Shown in pieces: positions 25,639 to 34,488 of a stretch of DNA of 60,187 nucleotides. Source of the DNA: Candidatus Omnitrophota bacterium. GTDB lineage: Bacteria; Omnitrophota; Gorgyraeia; B26-G9. The position numbers and the translations under genes are program-made. The notes below the pieces were generated by a model, which was not told where the DNA came from, did no database searches, and saw only the letters and a program-made list of their open reading frames with translations. The stretch spans positions 1-60,187 of the forward strand of contig JAHJAO010000005.1 in NCBI GenBank assembly GCA_018813905.1. Reading direction: 5' to 3'. Positions within the stretch are counted from its first letter, which is position 1, and each line of letters opens with the position of its first letter.

Positions 25639-26931
25639 ATGGTTATAACTATAGACGGTCCGGCCGGTGCCGGTAAAAGCACGGTTGCCAAACTTGTCGC
25701 TGCGCGGTTAAATTTTTTGTACGTGGATACCGGCGCGATGTACCGGGCGCTGACTTTAAAGGCGATGAGAGAGAATGCGGATCTGCAAGATGTGCATGAG
25801 TTAGTTAATCTGGCCCGGCGGACTAAAATTATCTTAAGACAAGCTTCTTGCGGCATTAAGGTATTTTTAGACGGAAAAGATGTGTCCAGCGAAATCCGTG
25901 ACCCGCAGCTTACCAATAACGTGTTTAAAATTGCAAGCATCCCCGAAATACGGCAGATTATGGTAGATTGGCAAAGGGAATATGGATATAAGCACGATAT
26001 CGTTATTGAAGGCCGGGATATCGGAACGGTTGTGTTCCCGCGCGCTAGGCAAAAATTTTATCTGGATGCGGATATAGAGATAAGAGCAAAGCGCCGACAT
26101 AAGGAATTGCAAGAAAAAGGGGTAAATTCTAATTTTCAAGCCGTACTAAACCAGATTCAAGACCGGGATTATAAAGACAAGACGCGTAGCTGCGGACCGC
26201 TAAAGCAGGCGCAAGATGCCAGTTATATCAATACAAGCTTATTGGATATTGAAGGCGTGGTAAGTAAAATTTTAGGATGTATTCCGGCAAAACAGAAGAA
26301 CAATTTTTATATATTTTGCCGTTTGATGCTTTTTATTTTTTTTAAGACTTTTTTCTTTTTTTCTGTCACCGGCAAAAAAAATGTGCTTTCAGACGGGGGA
26401 TGTGTTATCGCTTCCAATCATAGTAGTTTTTTAGATCCAGTGGTCTTAACTATTGCTACGGATAGGATTTTAAATTTTATGGCCAAGGAAGATTTATTTA
26501 CCGGCAACCGGTTTTTTAATTGGCTGATCAGGTCTTTGAACGCCTTTCCGGTAAAAAGAGACCGTGCCGACGTGGGTGCGATAAGGCTGGCGGTAGAAAA
26601 GTTGAAAAGGGGCGATGTCTTGATCATGTTTCCGGAAGGGACACGCAGCAGGAACGGCCAGATAAAAGATGCCCAGGTCGGCATTGCAGTTGTTGCCGCT
26701 AAAGCCGGCGTTCCCGTCATTCCGGCTTTTATTTCGGGCACGGACCGGGCTTTGCCGGTTAAAGCAAAAATTCCGGTTCCATTTATTCCGGTTAAGGTAG
26801 TTTTTGGCAGCCCGTTATGGTTTAAGCAAAACGAGCGAGGTGCCGACGCAAGGATCCAACATCAGGACTTTGCCGATAAAATAGTGGCAAGTATAAAAGA
26901 ATTATCCCGCGAAAAAAAGTCTTGTAAATAA
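25639..26931 (+). CDS. cmk: Fusion of cytidylate kinase (N-terminal) and 1-acyl-sn-glycerol-3-phosphate acyltransferase (C-terminal)
   Basis: The N-terminus is ITIDGPAGAGKSTVAKLVA…YVDTGAMYRA (Cmk). A hydrophobic segment follows. The PlsC blocks are NHSSFLDP (HX4D) and FPEGTRS. Confidence 0.88.
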   Translation: MVITIDGPAGAGKSTVAKLVAARLNFLYVDTGAMYRALTLKAMRENADLQDVHELVNLARRTKIILRQASCGIKVFLDGKDVSSEIRDPQLTNNVFKIASIPEIRQIMVDWQREYGYKHDIVIEGRDIGTVVFPRARQKFYLDADIEIRAKRRHKELQEKGVNSNFQAVLNQIQDRDYKDKTRSCGPLKQAQDASYINTSLLDIEGVVSKILGCIPAKQKNNFYIFCRLMLFIFFKTFFFFSVTGKKNVLSDGGCVIASNHSSFLDPVVLTIATDRILNFMAKEDLFTGNRFFNWLIRSLNAFPVKRDRADVGAIRLAVEKLKRGDVLIMFPEGTRSRNGQIKDAQVGIAVVAAKAGVPVIPAFISGTDRALPVKAKIPVPFIPVKVVFGSPLWFKQNERGADARIQHQDFADKIVASIKELSREKKSCK

Positions 26932-26993
26932 AAAGGATATCTGATATACTTTCTGCCTATAAAATTTATGGGAAAAAGGAGGTCGATTATGAA

Positions 26994-28601
26994 ATGTCAC
27001 GAAAAAAACATAAAGCCGTTGATTTTGAAGATCTAGACCAAAGCAAAGACAGCAGTGTATTTGCCAAAGAATTAGAACAGTTTGAACAGGAATTAAAGGT
27101 ATTAAATGAGGGTGAGATAATAAAGGGGAAAGTTGTTAGTATCGTTAAGAATGAGGTTCTTGTCGATATTGGTTACAAGTCCGAAGGTATCCTGTCGCTT
27201 GATGAATTTGATAACCCTGCCGAAATAAGTGCCGGAGATGAAATCGATGTGTTGCTTGAAAATAAAGAAGATGAAAACGGTATGGTTATTGTTTCCAAAC
27301 GCAAGGCCGACCGGACTCTTGGCTGGGAAAAAATTATAAATAATTATAAGGAAGGCGATACCATTCGCGGACGAGTGACGCGAAAAGTTAAGGGCGGGTT
27401 AATGGTGGATATTGGCCTCGATGCGTTTTTACCCGCGTCTCAGGTATCGTTGCGCGGCGCGCAAAATATCGATCAATACCTGGGAAACACCTATGAATTC
27501 ATGATCGTAAAAGTAAACATTCCGCGCAAAAACATCGTGCTTTCCCGCCGAGAACTGTTGCTTAAAGAGCGTGAAGAAAATAGAACCCGCCTGTTGCTGG
27601 AGATAGAAGAAGGCCAGATGCGTTCCGGTGTAGTCAAAAATATTGCGGATTTCGGCGTGTTTATTGACTTGGGCGGCGTGGACGGGTTATTGCATATTAC
27701 GGATATGAGTTGGGGCCGGATAAGCCATCCTTCAGAATTGGTGGCGCTTGGGGATACGATCGAAGTGAAGATTTTAAACATCGATCGGGAAAATATGAAA
27801 ATATCTTTGGGGTTGAAACAAAAAAGTGCCAGTCCCTGGGAGGGCGTGGATAAAAAATATCCGATCGGTTCGAAAATTAAAGGTAAAGTTGTAAATATTG
27901 TCCCCTACGGGGCATTTGTGGAGCTGGAAAAAGGGGTTGAAGGCTTAATCCACATTTCTGAATTTTCCTGGACCAGGAGAATAACCCATCCTTCAGAGAT
28001 GTTGGCGATTGGCGATATCGTCGAAGCGGTAGTGTTAAACTTGGAGGTGCAAAACCAGAAGATCGCTTTAGGGATTAAGCAGACTGAAACTGATCCTTGG
28101 CAGGGTATCAGCGCAAAATATCCGGCTGGCTCAAGAATAAAAGGGCGGGTTCGAAACCTGACCGATTACGGCGTGTTTGTGGAATTGGAAGAGGGAATTG
28201 ATGGTTTAATTCATGTTTCGGATATGTCCTGGACCAAAAAGATTAATAATCCCTCCGAGTTTCTTAAAAAAGGACAGAAGTTGGAAGTAGTTCTGCTGAG
28301 CATAGATGAATCCAGTCATAAGATATCGCTGGGCCTGAAACAGTTAACCGAAGACCCGTGGCCAAAAATCAGCGAAAAATATCCATTGGAAACGGAAGTA
28401 AAAGGCGTGATTTCAAAAATAACCTCCTTTGGATTATTTATGGAGCTGGAAAAGGAACTTGAAGGATTAGTGCATATTACCGAAATTAATTTAGAGCCGA
28501 CAATGAAGCTTGAAGATTCTTTTAAAGTAGGCGATGAAGTGACGGCCAAAGTCATAAAATTAGACAACGAGCAGAGAAAAATTGGATTGAGCATGAAATA
28601 A
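26994..28601 (+). CDS. rpsA: 30S ribosomal protein S1
   Basis: It has six S1 repeats (repeated …G.V..i..fGaFVdL.g.veGLiHiSe…) and the conserved cmk-rpsA synteny. Confidence 0.95.
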   Translation: MSRKKHKAVDFEDLDQSKDSSVFAKELEQFEQELKVLNEGEIIKGKVVSIVKNEVLVDIGYKSEGILSLDEFDNPAEISAGDEIDVLLENKEDENGMVIVSKRKADRTLGWEKIINNYKEGDTIRGRVTRKVKGGLMVDIGLDAFLPASQVSLRGAQNIDQYLGNTYEFMIVKVNIPRKNIVLSRRELLLKEREENRTRLLLEIEEGQMRSGVVKNIADFGVFIDLGGVDGLLHITDMSWGRISHPSELVALGDTIEVKILNIDRENMKISLGLKQKSASPWEGVDKKYPIGSKIKGKVVNIVPYGAFVELEKGVEGLIHISEFSWTRRITHPSEMLAIGDIVEAVVLNLEVQNQKIALGIKQTETDPWQGISAKYPAGSRIKGRVRNLTDYGVFVELEEGIDGLIHVSDMSWTKKINNPSEFLKKGQKLEVVLLSIDESSHKISLGLKQLTEDPWPKISEKYPLETEVKGVISKITSFGLFMELEKELEGLVHITEINLEPTMKLEDSFKVGDEVTAKVIKLDNEQRKIGLSMK

Positions 28602-28632
28602 GCTTGAAACTCAAGATAATGTTAGAAACAGG

Positions 28633-28667
28633 TTGCCCAGGCAAAATAACTGTCTGGGCAATTTTTT
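28633..28667 (+). terminator. Intrinsic terminator after rpsA
   Basis: Stem TTGCCCAG (28633-28640) pairs with CTGGGCAA (28654-28661), followed by TTTTTT (28662-28667). Confidence 0.75.
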
Positions 28668-28703
28668 ATCCAGGTTTAAGCATATGGCCAGGCATGGATT
28701 TAG

Positions 28704-28732
28704 TTGAATCGGTGATTTATTTTTGTTACAAT
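28704..28732 (+). promoter_or_regulatory. Sigma70 promoter with an extended -10
   Basis: TTGAAT (28704-28709), a 17 nt spacer ending in TGt, then TACAAT (28727-28732). It is upstream of the small membrane protein and sensor kinase genes. Confidence 0.6.
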
Positions 28733-28812
28733 TAAACCACAGAGGGCGGGGTATTCCGGCTTCTTGATTTACCGGTATTGCGCGGCAAATTTGAGAGGGG
28801 GATTATTTTTTA

Positions 28813-29019
28813 ATGAAGAAGTTAAAAAATATATTGAAAAACAAAGAGCTCAGCATTATATTGTTCTGCCTGAGTCTGGTTTTATTTGTCTGGCCGTTTT
28901 TAAGCAGCTGCCATGAAAATCCGGCGATGATGTTTGTCTATCTTTTCTTGGCTTGGGGTGCAATTATTGTTTTTTTAATTTTGATGGATACAAATTCTGA
29001 AAAGGATTCATCAGGTTAA
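28813..29019 (+). CDS. Small two-TM membrane protein, possibly a solute:sodium symporter small subunit
   Basis: It is 68 aa with two hydrophobic helices and sits immediately upstream of an SSF-domain protein. The assignment is positional and compositional only. Confidence 0.5.
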   Translation: MKKLKNILKNKELSIILFCLSLVLFVWPFLSSCHENPAMMFVYLFLAWGAIIVFLILMDTNSEKDSSG

Positions 29020-29055
29020 ACTTCGGATCTTGGAATAATAAGGGGAAAATGCACG

Positions 29056-32000
29056 ATGTTTAGTCCGCTTGCGGTTATTACCGTTTTTTGCCTCTACATG
29101 AGTATTTTATTCGTGATCGCTTTGTTGGTAGAGAGGAGAATCCATTTTGTAAAGAATTTGGTTAATAATCCGGTAATTTACTCTTTGGGCATGGCGGTAT
29201 ATTGCACGGCGTGGACCTACTATGGAAGCGTGGGTAAAGCGGCTACGTCCGGGATGCTGTTTATCACGATTTATTTAGGGCCGACATTAACGATCATATT
29301 CTGGTGGACATTATTGCGCAAACTGGTGCGGATCAAGAGTACTTACCGAATCACAAGCATCGCCGACTTTATTTCCGCGCGATATAATAAATCTCCGGCG
29401 ATTGCGGCGCTGGCGACTACGATTGCTTTTTTCGGAACCCTGCCGTATATCGCGCTTCAATTCAAAGCTATTTTTTCTACTTTCAAGGTTATTACCCAAA
29501 CAAGCGCAGATTCTAGTATCGGCCATGGCGGCAACGTAACTTACATCGTAGTTGGACTGATGATTTTATTTACGATTATTTTTGGCATAAGACGTCTGGA
29601 TCCCACCGAACGGCACCAGGGGATGATGGTTGCCGTGGCAATTGAAAATACAGTTCAATTATTTGCTTTTCTGGTTGCGGGGATTTTTGTTTGCTACTTT
29701 CTTTATCACGGATTTGGCGATATCTTGCGTCAATTTTCTGAAAGCCGTTTTTACCCGCTGATGAGTGCCGCAAGTAAAGGAAATTCTTCGTTTACGATTT
29801 GGACTACATATACGATATTGGCGATGTCCGCGATTATATGTCTGCCGCGTCAGTTTCATACAACCGTCGTGGAAAATACGAACGAAAAACATATTCGTAC
29901 GGCGATGTGGTTTTTCCCGCTATACATGTTTCTTATTAACATTTTCGTTTTGCCCATTGCTATGAGTGGATTATTAAAAGGGTATTCTGTAAGCCAGGCC
30001 GATAATTTTGTGCTGTTGTTGCCGCTCTATCACGGCAAACCTTGGGTGGCTTTGGTGGTCTTTTTAGGCGGATTTTCCGCGGCCACAAGTATGATTATGA
30101 TCACCTCAATGACCATGGCTACGATGATTACAAACCATCTTTTGTTGCCGATGATTGGATGGTTTAGGTGGTTGGGAGGCCTGCGGCGTAATCTCTTAAA
30201 GTGCCGCTGGATTGCTGCGGCCGGCTTTATTATCGTGGGTTATTGGTTTGGGCAGCTGGTCGGCGAGTCTTATATGCTTGTAAATATCGGGTTGATTGCT
30301 TTTGCGGCTGTTTTGCAGTTTGCTCCGGTAATTTTAGGGGGAATCTTTTGGCGCCGGGCGAATAAAGCCGGTGCGATAATGGGATTAAGTGCCGGGTTTA
30401 TCGTTTGGTTGTATACTTTGCTTATCCCGTCGTTTGTTAAAAGCGGCTGGGTATCGAGCTTTTTACTGGAAAAAGGGCCTTGGGGAATAAGTTTTCTCAA
30501 TCCCGAACATCTTTTCGGCGTAGTTACCTTAGATCCTTTAAGCCACGCGGTTTTTTGGTCAATGCTGTTCAATATCGGCTTTTATGTGTTGGGGGCTTTT
30601 TATTGTAAAAGCAGCGAAGAGGAGCAGAGGCACATAGACGATTTTATCGGCATATCTAAAAGTGTGGTTTCTTTTGCCCCGCCGGCCGAGAGGGAAAATA
30701 CGGTGATTTTGAACGAAAAGGCGGAAAGAGTTGAAAATTTATTTAAACAGTATTTTCCTGTCTTGGAATCTGAAAGTATGGTTAAGAAATGTCTTTGCGC
30801 GCAGGGGATTGAAAGCAGAGAAAAAATTTCCGTTGTGGAATTGGCGGGGTTGCAGAACGAAGCCGAAAAATTGCTTGCCGGCTCTATTGGCACTGCGGCC
30901 GCGCATAAGGCATTGCAGGCAGGTCCGCTCTTTACGGATAAGGAATCTCTTGAGCTATCGACTACATATGCGGATATTCTCGCAACCCTTAAAGTAGCGC
31001 CTCAGGAACTGAAGAGAAAAGTTGATTTTTATCAGGAACGGACGGCATTATTAACTCAGCATGCCGAAGAATTGGGAGGTAAAGTCCGGGAATTGGAAAA
31101 TCAAGTTGCCGAGCGCAAAAAAGCGGAAGAAGCCCTTCAGGAAGAACGCCGGCTTTTTGTCGGCGGAACAACTGTTGTTTTTAAATGGAAAAATGAGCCG
31201 GGGTGGCCGGTTGAGTATGTTTCCCAAAATGTGAAGGGGCAATTCGGTTATACAGTCGAAGAATTTATCGAAAAACAAATCTTGTATGCATCGATTATTC
31301 ATTCCGAAGATCTTGATTGGGTCACCGAAGATATTAAAATGCATAGCCGGTCCGGCGCGCCTTATTTTGAACAGGAGTATCGTATTGCCCGGGCCGATGG
31401 CCAGTATCGCTGGATATATGATTTTACGGTAGTGATCAGAGCTGGCGATGGGCAGATTACGCATTATCATGGTTATGTATCGGATATAACCGAGCGCCGG
31501 GAAGCCCAGGAAAAATTGGAAGAAGCGATGGAAGTAAAGCTAAAATTTATCTCTGTGGTTTCTCATGAGCTGCGCACGCCCTTGACCGCGATAAGAGAAG
31601 GTATTTCGCTGGTTTTATCCGGAAAAGCCGGAGTGGTAACTGATGTCCAGAAAGAGTTTCTGCATGATGTAAAGAGCAGTGTCGACCGGCTTACCCGTTT
31701 AATCAATGATGTTTTGGATTTTCAAAAACTGGAAGCGAAAAAGATGGTATTTAATTTACAGCCGGCAGATATCAATAGCGTCATTACTGAGGCAACGCAG
31801 CAGTTGGCGCCATTGGCGCGGGAAAGAAAATTGAATTTAATTGTTAAACTTGCGCAGAATCTGCCCCAAGCAAAGCTGGATAAAGATAGGATTACGCAGG
31901 TTTTGACAAACCTGGTAGATAACGCACTTAAATATACAGAACGCGGCGATATCACGATCAGCTCCGCAAAAGACGAAACCCAGGACTGTATTTGCGTGTC

Positions 32001-32226
32001 GGTACACAATCCCGGATCTGAAATCAAAAAAGAAGACATAGAAAAGCTGTTTCAAAAATTCGAGCAATTAGAACGGGGCGGCAAAAGAAAGACCGGCGGC
32101 ACAGGACTGGGCCTGGCTATTTGCAAAGAAATTATTGATCAACACAGGGGAAAAATTTGGGTGGTATCAAAAGCGGGAAAAGGGACGACTTTTAATTTTA
32201 CTATTCCGATAAAATCAGATGGGTAG
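29056..32226 (+). CDS. Sensor histidine kinase with an N-terminal solute:sodium symporter (SLC5/SSF) domain, CbrA-like
   Basis: It has about 13 TM helices with SSF-like segments, a coiled coil, a PAS domain (…YRIARADGQYRWIYD…), the H-box SHELRTPLTAI and an HATPase domain (DNALKYT, GTGLGLAIC). Confidence 0.85.
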   Translation: MFSPLAVITVFCLYMSILFVIALLVERRIHFVKNLVNNPVIYSLGMAVYCTAWTYYGSVGKAATSGMLFITIYLGPTLTIIFWWTLLRKLVRIKSTYRITSIADFISARYNKSPAIAALATTIAFFGTLPYIALQFKAIFSTFKVITQTSADSSIGHGGNVTYIVVGLMILFTIIFGIRRLDPTERHQGMMVAVAIENTVQLFAFLVAGIFVCYFLYHGFGDILRQFSESRFYPLMSAASKGNSSFTIWTTYTILAMSAIICLPRQFHTTVVENTNEKHIRTAMWFFPLYMFLINIFVLPIAMSGLLKGYSVSQADNFVLLLPLYHGKPWVALVVFLGGFSAATSMIMITSMTMATMITNHLLLPMIGWFRWLGGLRRNLLKCRWIAAAGFIIVGYWFGQLVGESYMLVNIGLIAFAAVLQFAPVILGGIFWRRANKAGAIMGLSAGFIVWLYTLLIPSFVKSGWVSSFLLEKGPWGISFLNPEHLFGVVTLDPLSHAVFWSMLFNIGFYVLGAFYCKSSEEEQRHIDDFIGISKSVVSFAPPAERENTVILNEKAERVENLFKQYFPVLESESMVKKCLCAQGIESREKISVVELAGLQNEAEKLLAGSIGTAAAHKALQAGPLFTDKESLELSTTYADILATLKVAPQELKRKVDFYQERTALLTQHAEELGGKVRELENQVAERKKAEEALQEERRLFVGGTTVVFKWKNEPGWPVEYVSQNVKGQFGYTVEEFIEKQILYASIIHSEDLDWVTEDIKMHSRSGAPYFEQEYRIARADGQYRWIYDFTVVIRAGDGQITHYHGYVSDITERREAQEKLEEAMEVKLKFISVVSHELRTPLTAIREGISLVLSGKAGVVTDVQKEFLHDVKSSVDRLTRLINDVLDFQKLEAKKMVFNLQPADINSVITEATQQLAPLARERKLNLIVKLAQNLPQAKLDKDRITQVLTNLVDNALKYTERGDITISSAKDETQDCICVSVHNPGSEIKKEDIEKLFQKFEQLERGGKRKTGGTGLGLAICKEIIDQHRGKIWVVSKAGKGTTFNFTIPIKSDG

Positions 32227-32232
32227 GTTTTT

Positions 32233-32595
32233 ATGAAGAAGATATTAGTAGTTGAAGACGAATTAATTATTCTTAAATTTGTTGTTTTCCGGCTGGAGAA
32301 AGAGGGATATGAGGTGCTTTCGGCAACCGATGGCCGGGTGGCCTTGGACATAATCCAAAACAGAAAACCTGATTTGGTATTGTTAGATGTTTTTATCCCG
32401 AGCCTGGACGGGTATGAAGTGTGTAAATGCGTTAAGGACGACACAAAATTAAGACATATTCCCGTTATTTTATTTACCGCAAGCGATCCGACGATTGTCG
32501 CGCATAAAGGCAAGGAAGTCGGGGCAGATGATTATATAATAAAACCGTTTGACCCGGAACAGTTACTGGAAAAAATTAAAAAATTTATCGGATAA
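32233..32595 (+). CDS. Single-domain (CheY-like) response regulator
   Basis: It is 120 aa with a REC domain only (VVEDE…LLDVFIPSLDG…KPF). Confidence 0.88.
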   Translation: MKKILVVEDELIILKFVVFRLEKEGYEVLSATDGRVALDIIQNRKPDLVLLDVFIPSLDGYEVCKCVKDDTKLRHIPVILFTASDPTIVAHKGKEVGADDYIIKPFDPEQLLEKIKKFIG

Positions 32596-32598
32596 TGT

Positions 32599-33153
32599 TT
32601 ATTCGGCAAAATTCAAGACGCGATCGAAGAAAGGATTTTTGCCGCTGGCGGATAAAGGAATGCCTAAAGCGATTTTAACGCTTTTGTCTTTAAACAGGTC
32701 AAGTTCCAGGGCGGCTTTTCCTAGAGAATACATAATCCGGTTATCCACATGAAAGCTGGATGCAAGATCTACTGCAGAACCCGCGGCTATTCCTAAGTCT
32801 ATAGGGTTGAATGCACAGATGGCTTTTGCTGCTTGCAGCTGTGAGCAGTCTTTGTAGCCGCAAAAACCGCAGAAGGCCAGGCCGGCTGGTTTTATTTTTG
32901 TGGCAATAAGCACAATAACCGGTGCGAGGTTTAAATTTTTTGCGTCGCGTTTAAATCCCGCCATGTTTTTATTTTTGGCGATTTGGAGCATTTTCTCGAC
33001 TAACTTTGTTTTTTTTTGTTTATTATCGATAACCAAAGTCAGGATATTATCGGCACCTTTGGCCTTAGGAGCGGTTCGGGCCGCCACGCACATAAAGCCG
33101 GCGATTTGTTTTAACGCTAGATTTTCTAATTGCTGGGATTTTTTCACATGCAC
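32599..33153 (-). CDS. DUF2148-like ferredoxin-domain protein
   Basis: This is the only convincing minus-strand gene. It has a CGFCGYKDC cysteine cluster and the overall pattern of the DUF2148 family as I recall it. Confidence 0.6.
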   Translation of the reverse strand: MHVKKSQQLENLALKQIAGFMCVAARTAPKAKGADNILTLVIDNKQKKTKLVEKMLQIAKNKNMAGFKRDAKNLNLAPVIVLIATKIKPAGLAFCGFCGYKDCSQLQAAKAICAFNPIDLGIAAGSAVDLASSFHVDNRIMYSLGKAALELDLFKDKSVKIALGIPLSASGKNPFFDRVLNFAE

Positions 33154-33195
33154 CTTAAAGCAAATTTTAGCAGGTAATTATGCTTATGTCAAGCG

Positions 33196-33224
33196 TTGAC
33201 AATAGGTTATTTATGTGTTAAAAT
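33196..33224 (+). promoter_or_regulatory. Sigma70 promoter of tyrS
   Basis: TTGACA (33196-33201), a 17 nt spacer, then TAAAAT (33219-33224). The TTG start in the ORF track coincides with the -35 box. Confidence 0.65.
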
Positions 33225-33243
33225 ACAAAAAATTATTACAGTT

Positions 33244-34488
33244 ATGGAATTTAAATCAGTAAAAGAACAATTAGAACTTATTAAACGCGGCGCGGTCGAG
33301 ATCATTTCCGAAGAGGAATTGAGTGAAAAGCTGGAATCGGCTAAAAAGACCGGCAAACCGCTGCTTATCAAAGCGGGTTTTGATCCCAGCGCACCAGATA
33401 TTCACCTTGGGCATACGGTAGTATTGAGAAAGCTAAGGCATTTTCAGCAGTTGGGGCATCAAGTTATATTTCTGATCGGTGATTTTACCGGAATGATCGG
33501 CGATCCTACCGGGAAATCGGAAGCAAGGAAACGCCTTACAAAAAAACAGGTTTTGGAAAATGCCCGGACTTACCAATCTCAATTTTTAAAAATTCTTTCG
33601 GCGACTAAAACAAAAATTGTTTTTAACAGCCATTGGTTTGAAAAAATGTCTCCGGAGGATTTTTTGGAACTTACCAGCCATCTTACTGTGGCACAAATTT
33701 TAGCCCGCGATGATTTTAAAAAAAGATACACGCAGGGCAAGGACATAAGCGTTTTGGAATTTATCTATCCACTCTTGCAGGGTTACGATTCGGTAAAGCT
33801 TAAAGCGGACGTAGAACTGGGAGGGACGGACCAAAAATTTAACCTTTTGGTCGGTAGACAGTTGCAGCGCGATTTTAATCAGACAGAACAGATAGTCATA
33901 ATGATGCCGCTGTTAGAAGGATTGGACGGCGTGCAGAAAATGAGTAAAAGCCTGGATAATCATGTGGGGATAAATGATGTCCCTGAGGAAATGTTTGCCA
34001 AGATCATGTCTATTTCCGACGAATTGATGTTTAGATACTATGAATTGCTTACGGATACGCCGCTTGCCGAAATAAAAAAAATGAAAGACGATATCGGCTC
34101 CGGTAAGCTTCATCCTAAACAATGCAAGGAAAGTCTTGCGCGGGGAATAACCGAACAGTATCATGGAGCGAGCGCCGCACAAAAGGCGAAGGATGTTTTT
34201 TCCAGCCGTTTTTCCGGAGGGACCGATTGGGGCAATATTGATAATTTTAAGCGGGCCGAATTAAAAAAAACACACTTTAAAGACAATAAAATCTGGATTT
34301 GTAAATTACTTGTTTTGACCGGAGCCGCAAAAAGTAATTCAGACGCGCGGCGCCTTATTGCGCAAAAGGCCGTAATGCTAAACGGCGAAATCGTGGGCGA
34401 TTTAAATTTAGAACTGCCGCTAGCGGCTAAGCAGATGCTGTTCAAAGTCGGCAAGAAACAGTTTTTTCGTGTAGTTGTGAATGAATAA
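33244..34488 (+). CDS. tyrS: Tyrosine-tRNA ligase
   Basis: It has HIGH (PDIHLGHTV), KMSKS and a C-terminal S4 domain. The start was moved to ATG 33244 (MEFKSVKEQLELIKRG…), downstream of the promoter. Confidence 0.92.
   Translation: MEFKSVKEQLELIKRGAVEIISEEELSEKLESAKKTGKPLLIKAGFDPSAPDIHLGHTVVLRKLRHFQQLGHQVIFLIGDFTGMIGDPTGKSEARKRLTKKQVLENARTYQSQFLKILSATKTKIVFNSHWFEKMSPEDFLELTSHLTVAQILARDDFKKRYTQGKDISVLEFIYPLLQGYDSVKLKADVELGGTDQKFNLLVGRQLQRDFNQTEQIVIMMPLLEGLDGVQKMSKSLDNHVGINDVPEEMFAKIMSISDELMFRYYELLTDTPLAEIKKMKDDIGSGKLHPKQCKESLARGITEQYHGASAAQKAKDVFSSRFSGGTDWGNIDNFKRAELKKTHFKDNKIWICKLLVLTGAAKSNSDARRLIAQKAVMLNGEIVGDLNLELPLAAKQMLFKVGKKQFFRVVVNE

Noticed and set aside
26989-27036. A 15-codon uORF (MKCHEKNIKPLILKI*) whose ATG is better spaced from the AGGAGG than the rpsA ATG (26994).
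   Set aside because: It is out of frame with and overlaps the rpsA start. Both ATGs are within an acceptable SD distance, and I have no independent evidence for it. This is most likely a coincidence of two adjacent ATGs.
28623-28631. A third copy of the AGAAACAGG core seen in the two pilus-locus intergenic motifs.
   Set aside because: Only the 9-mer is shared, and the flanks do not align. It ends 1 nt before the 5' arm of the rpsA terminator stem, so it is treated as chance.
33154-33243. A T-box leader upstream of tyrS (and likewise of trpS at 19139-19142).
   Set aside because: The tyrS 5' region is only ~20 nt downstream of its promoter, and trpS is 4 nt from infB. There is no room for a T-box, and no specifier or T-box sequence is present.
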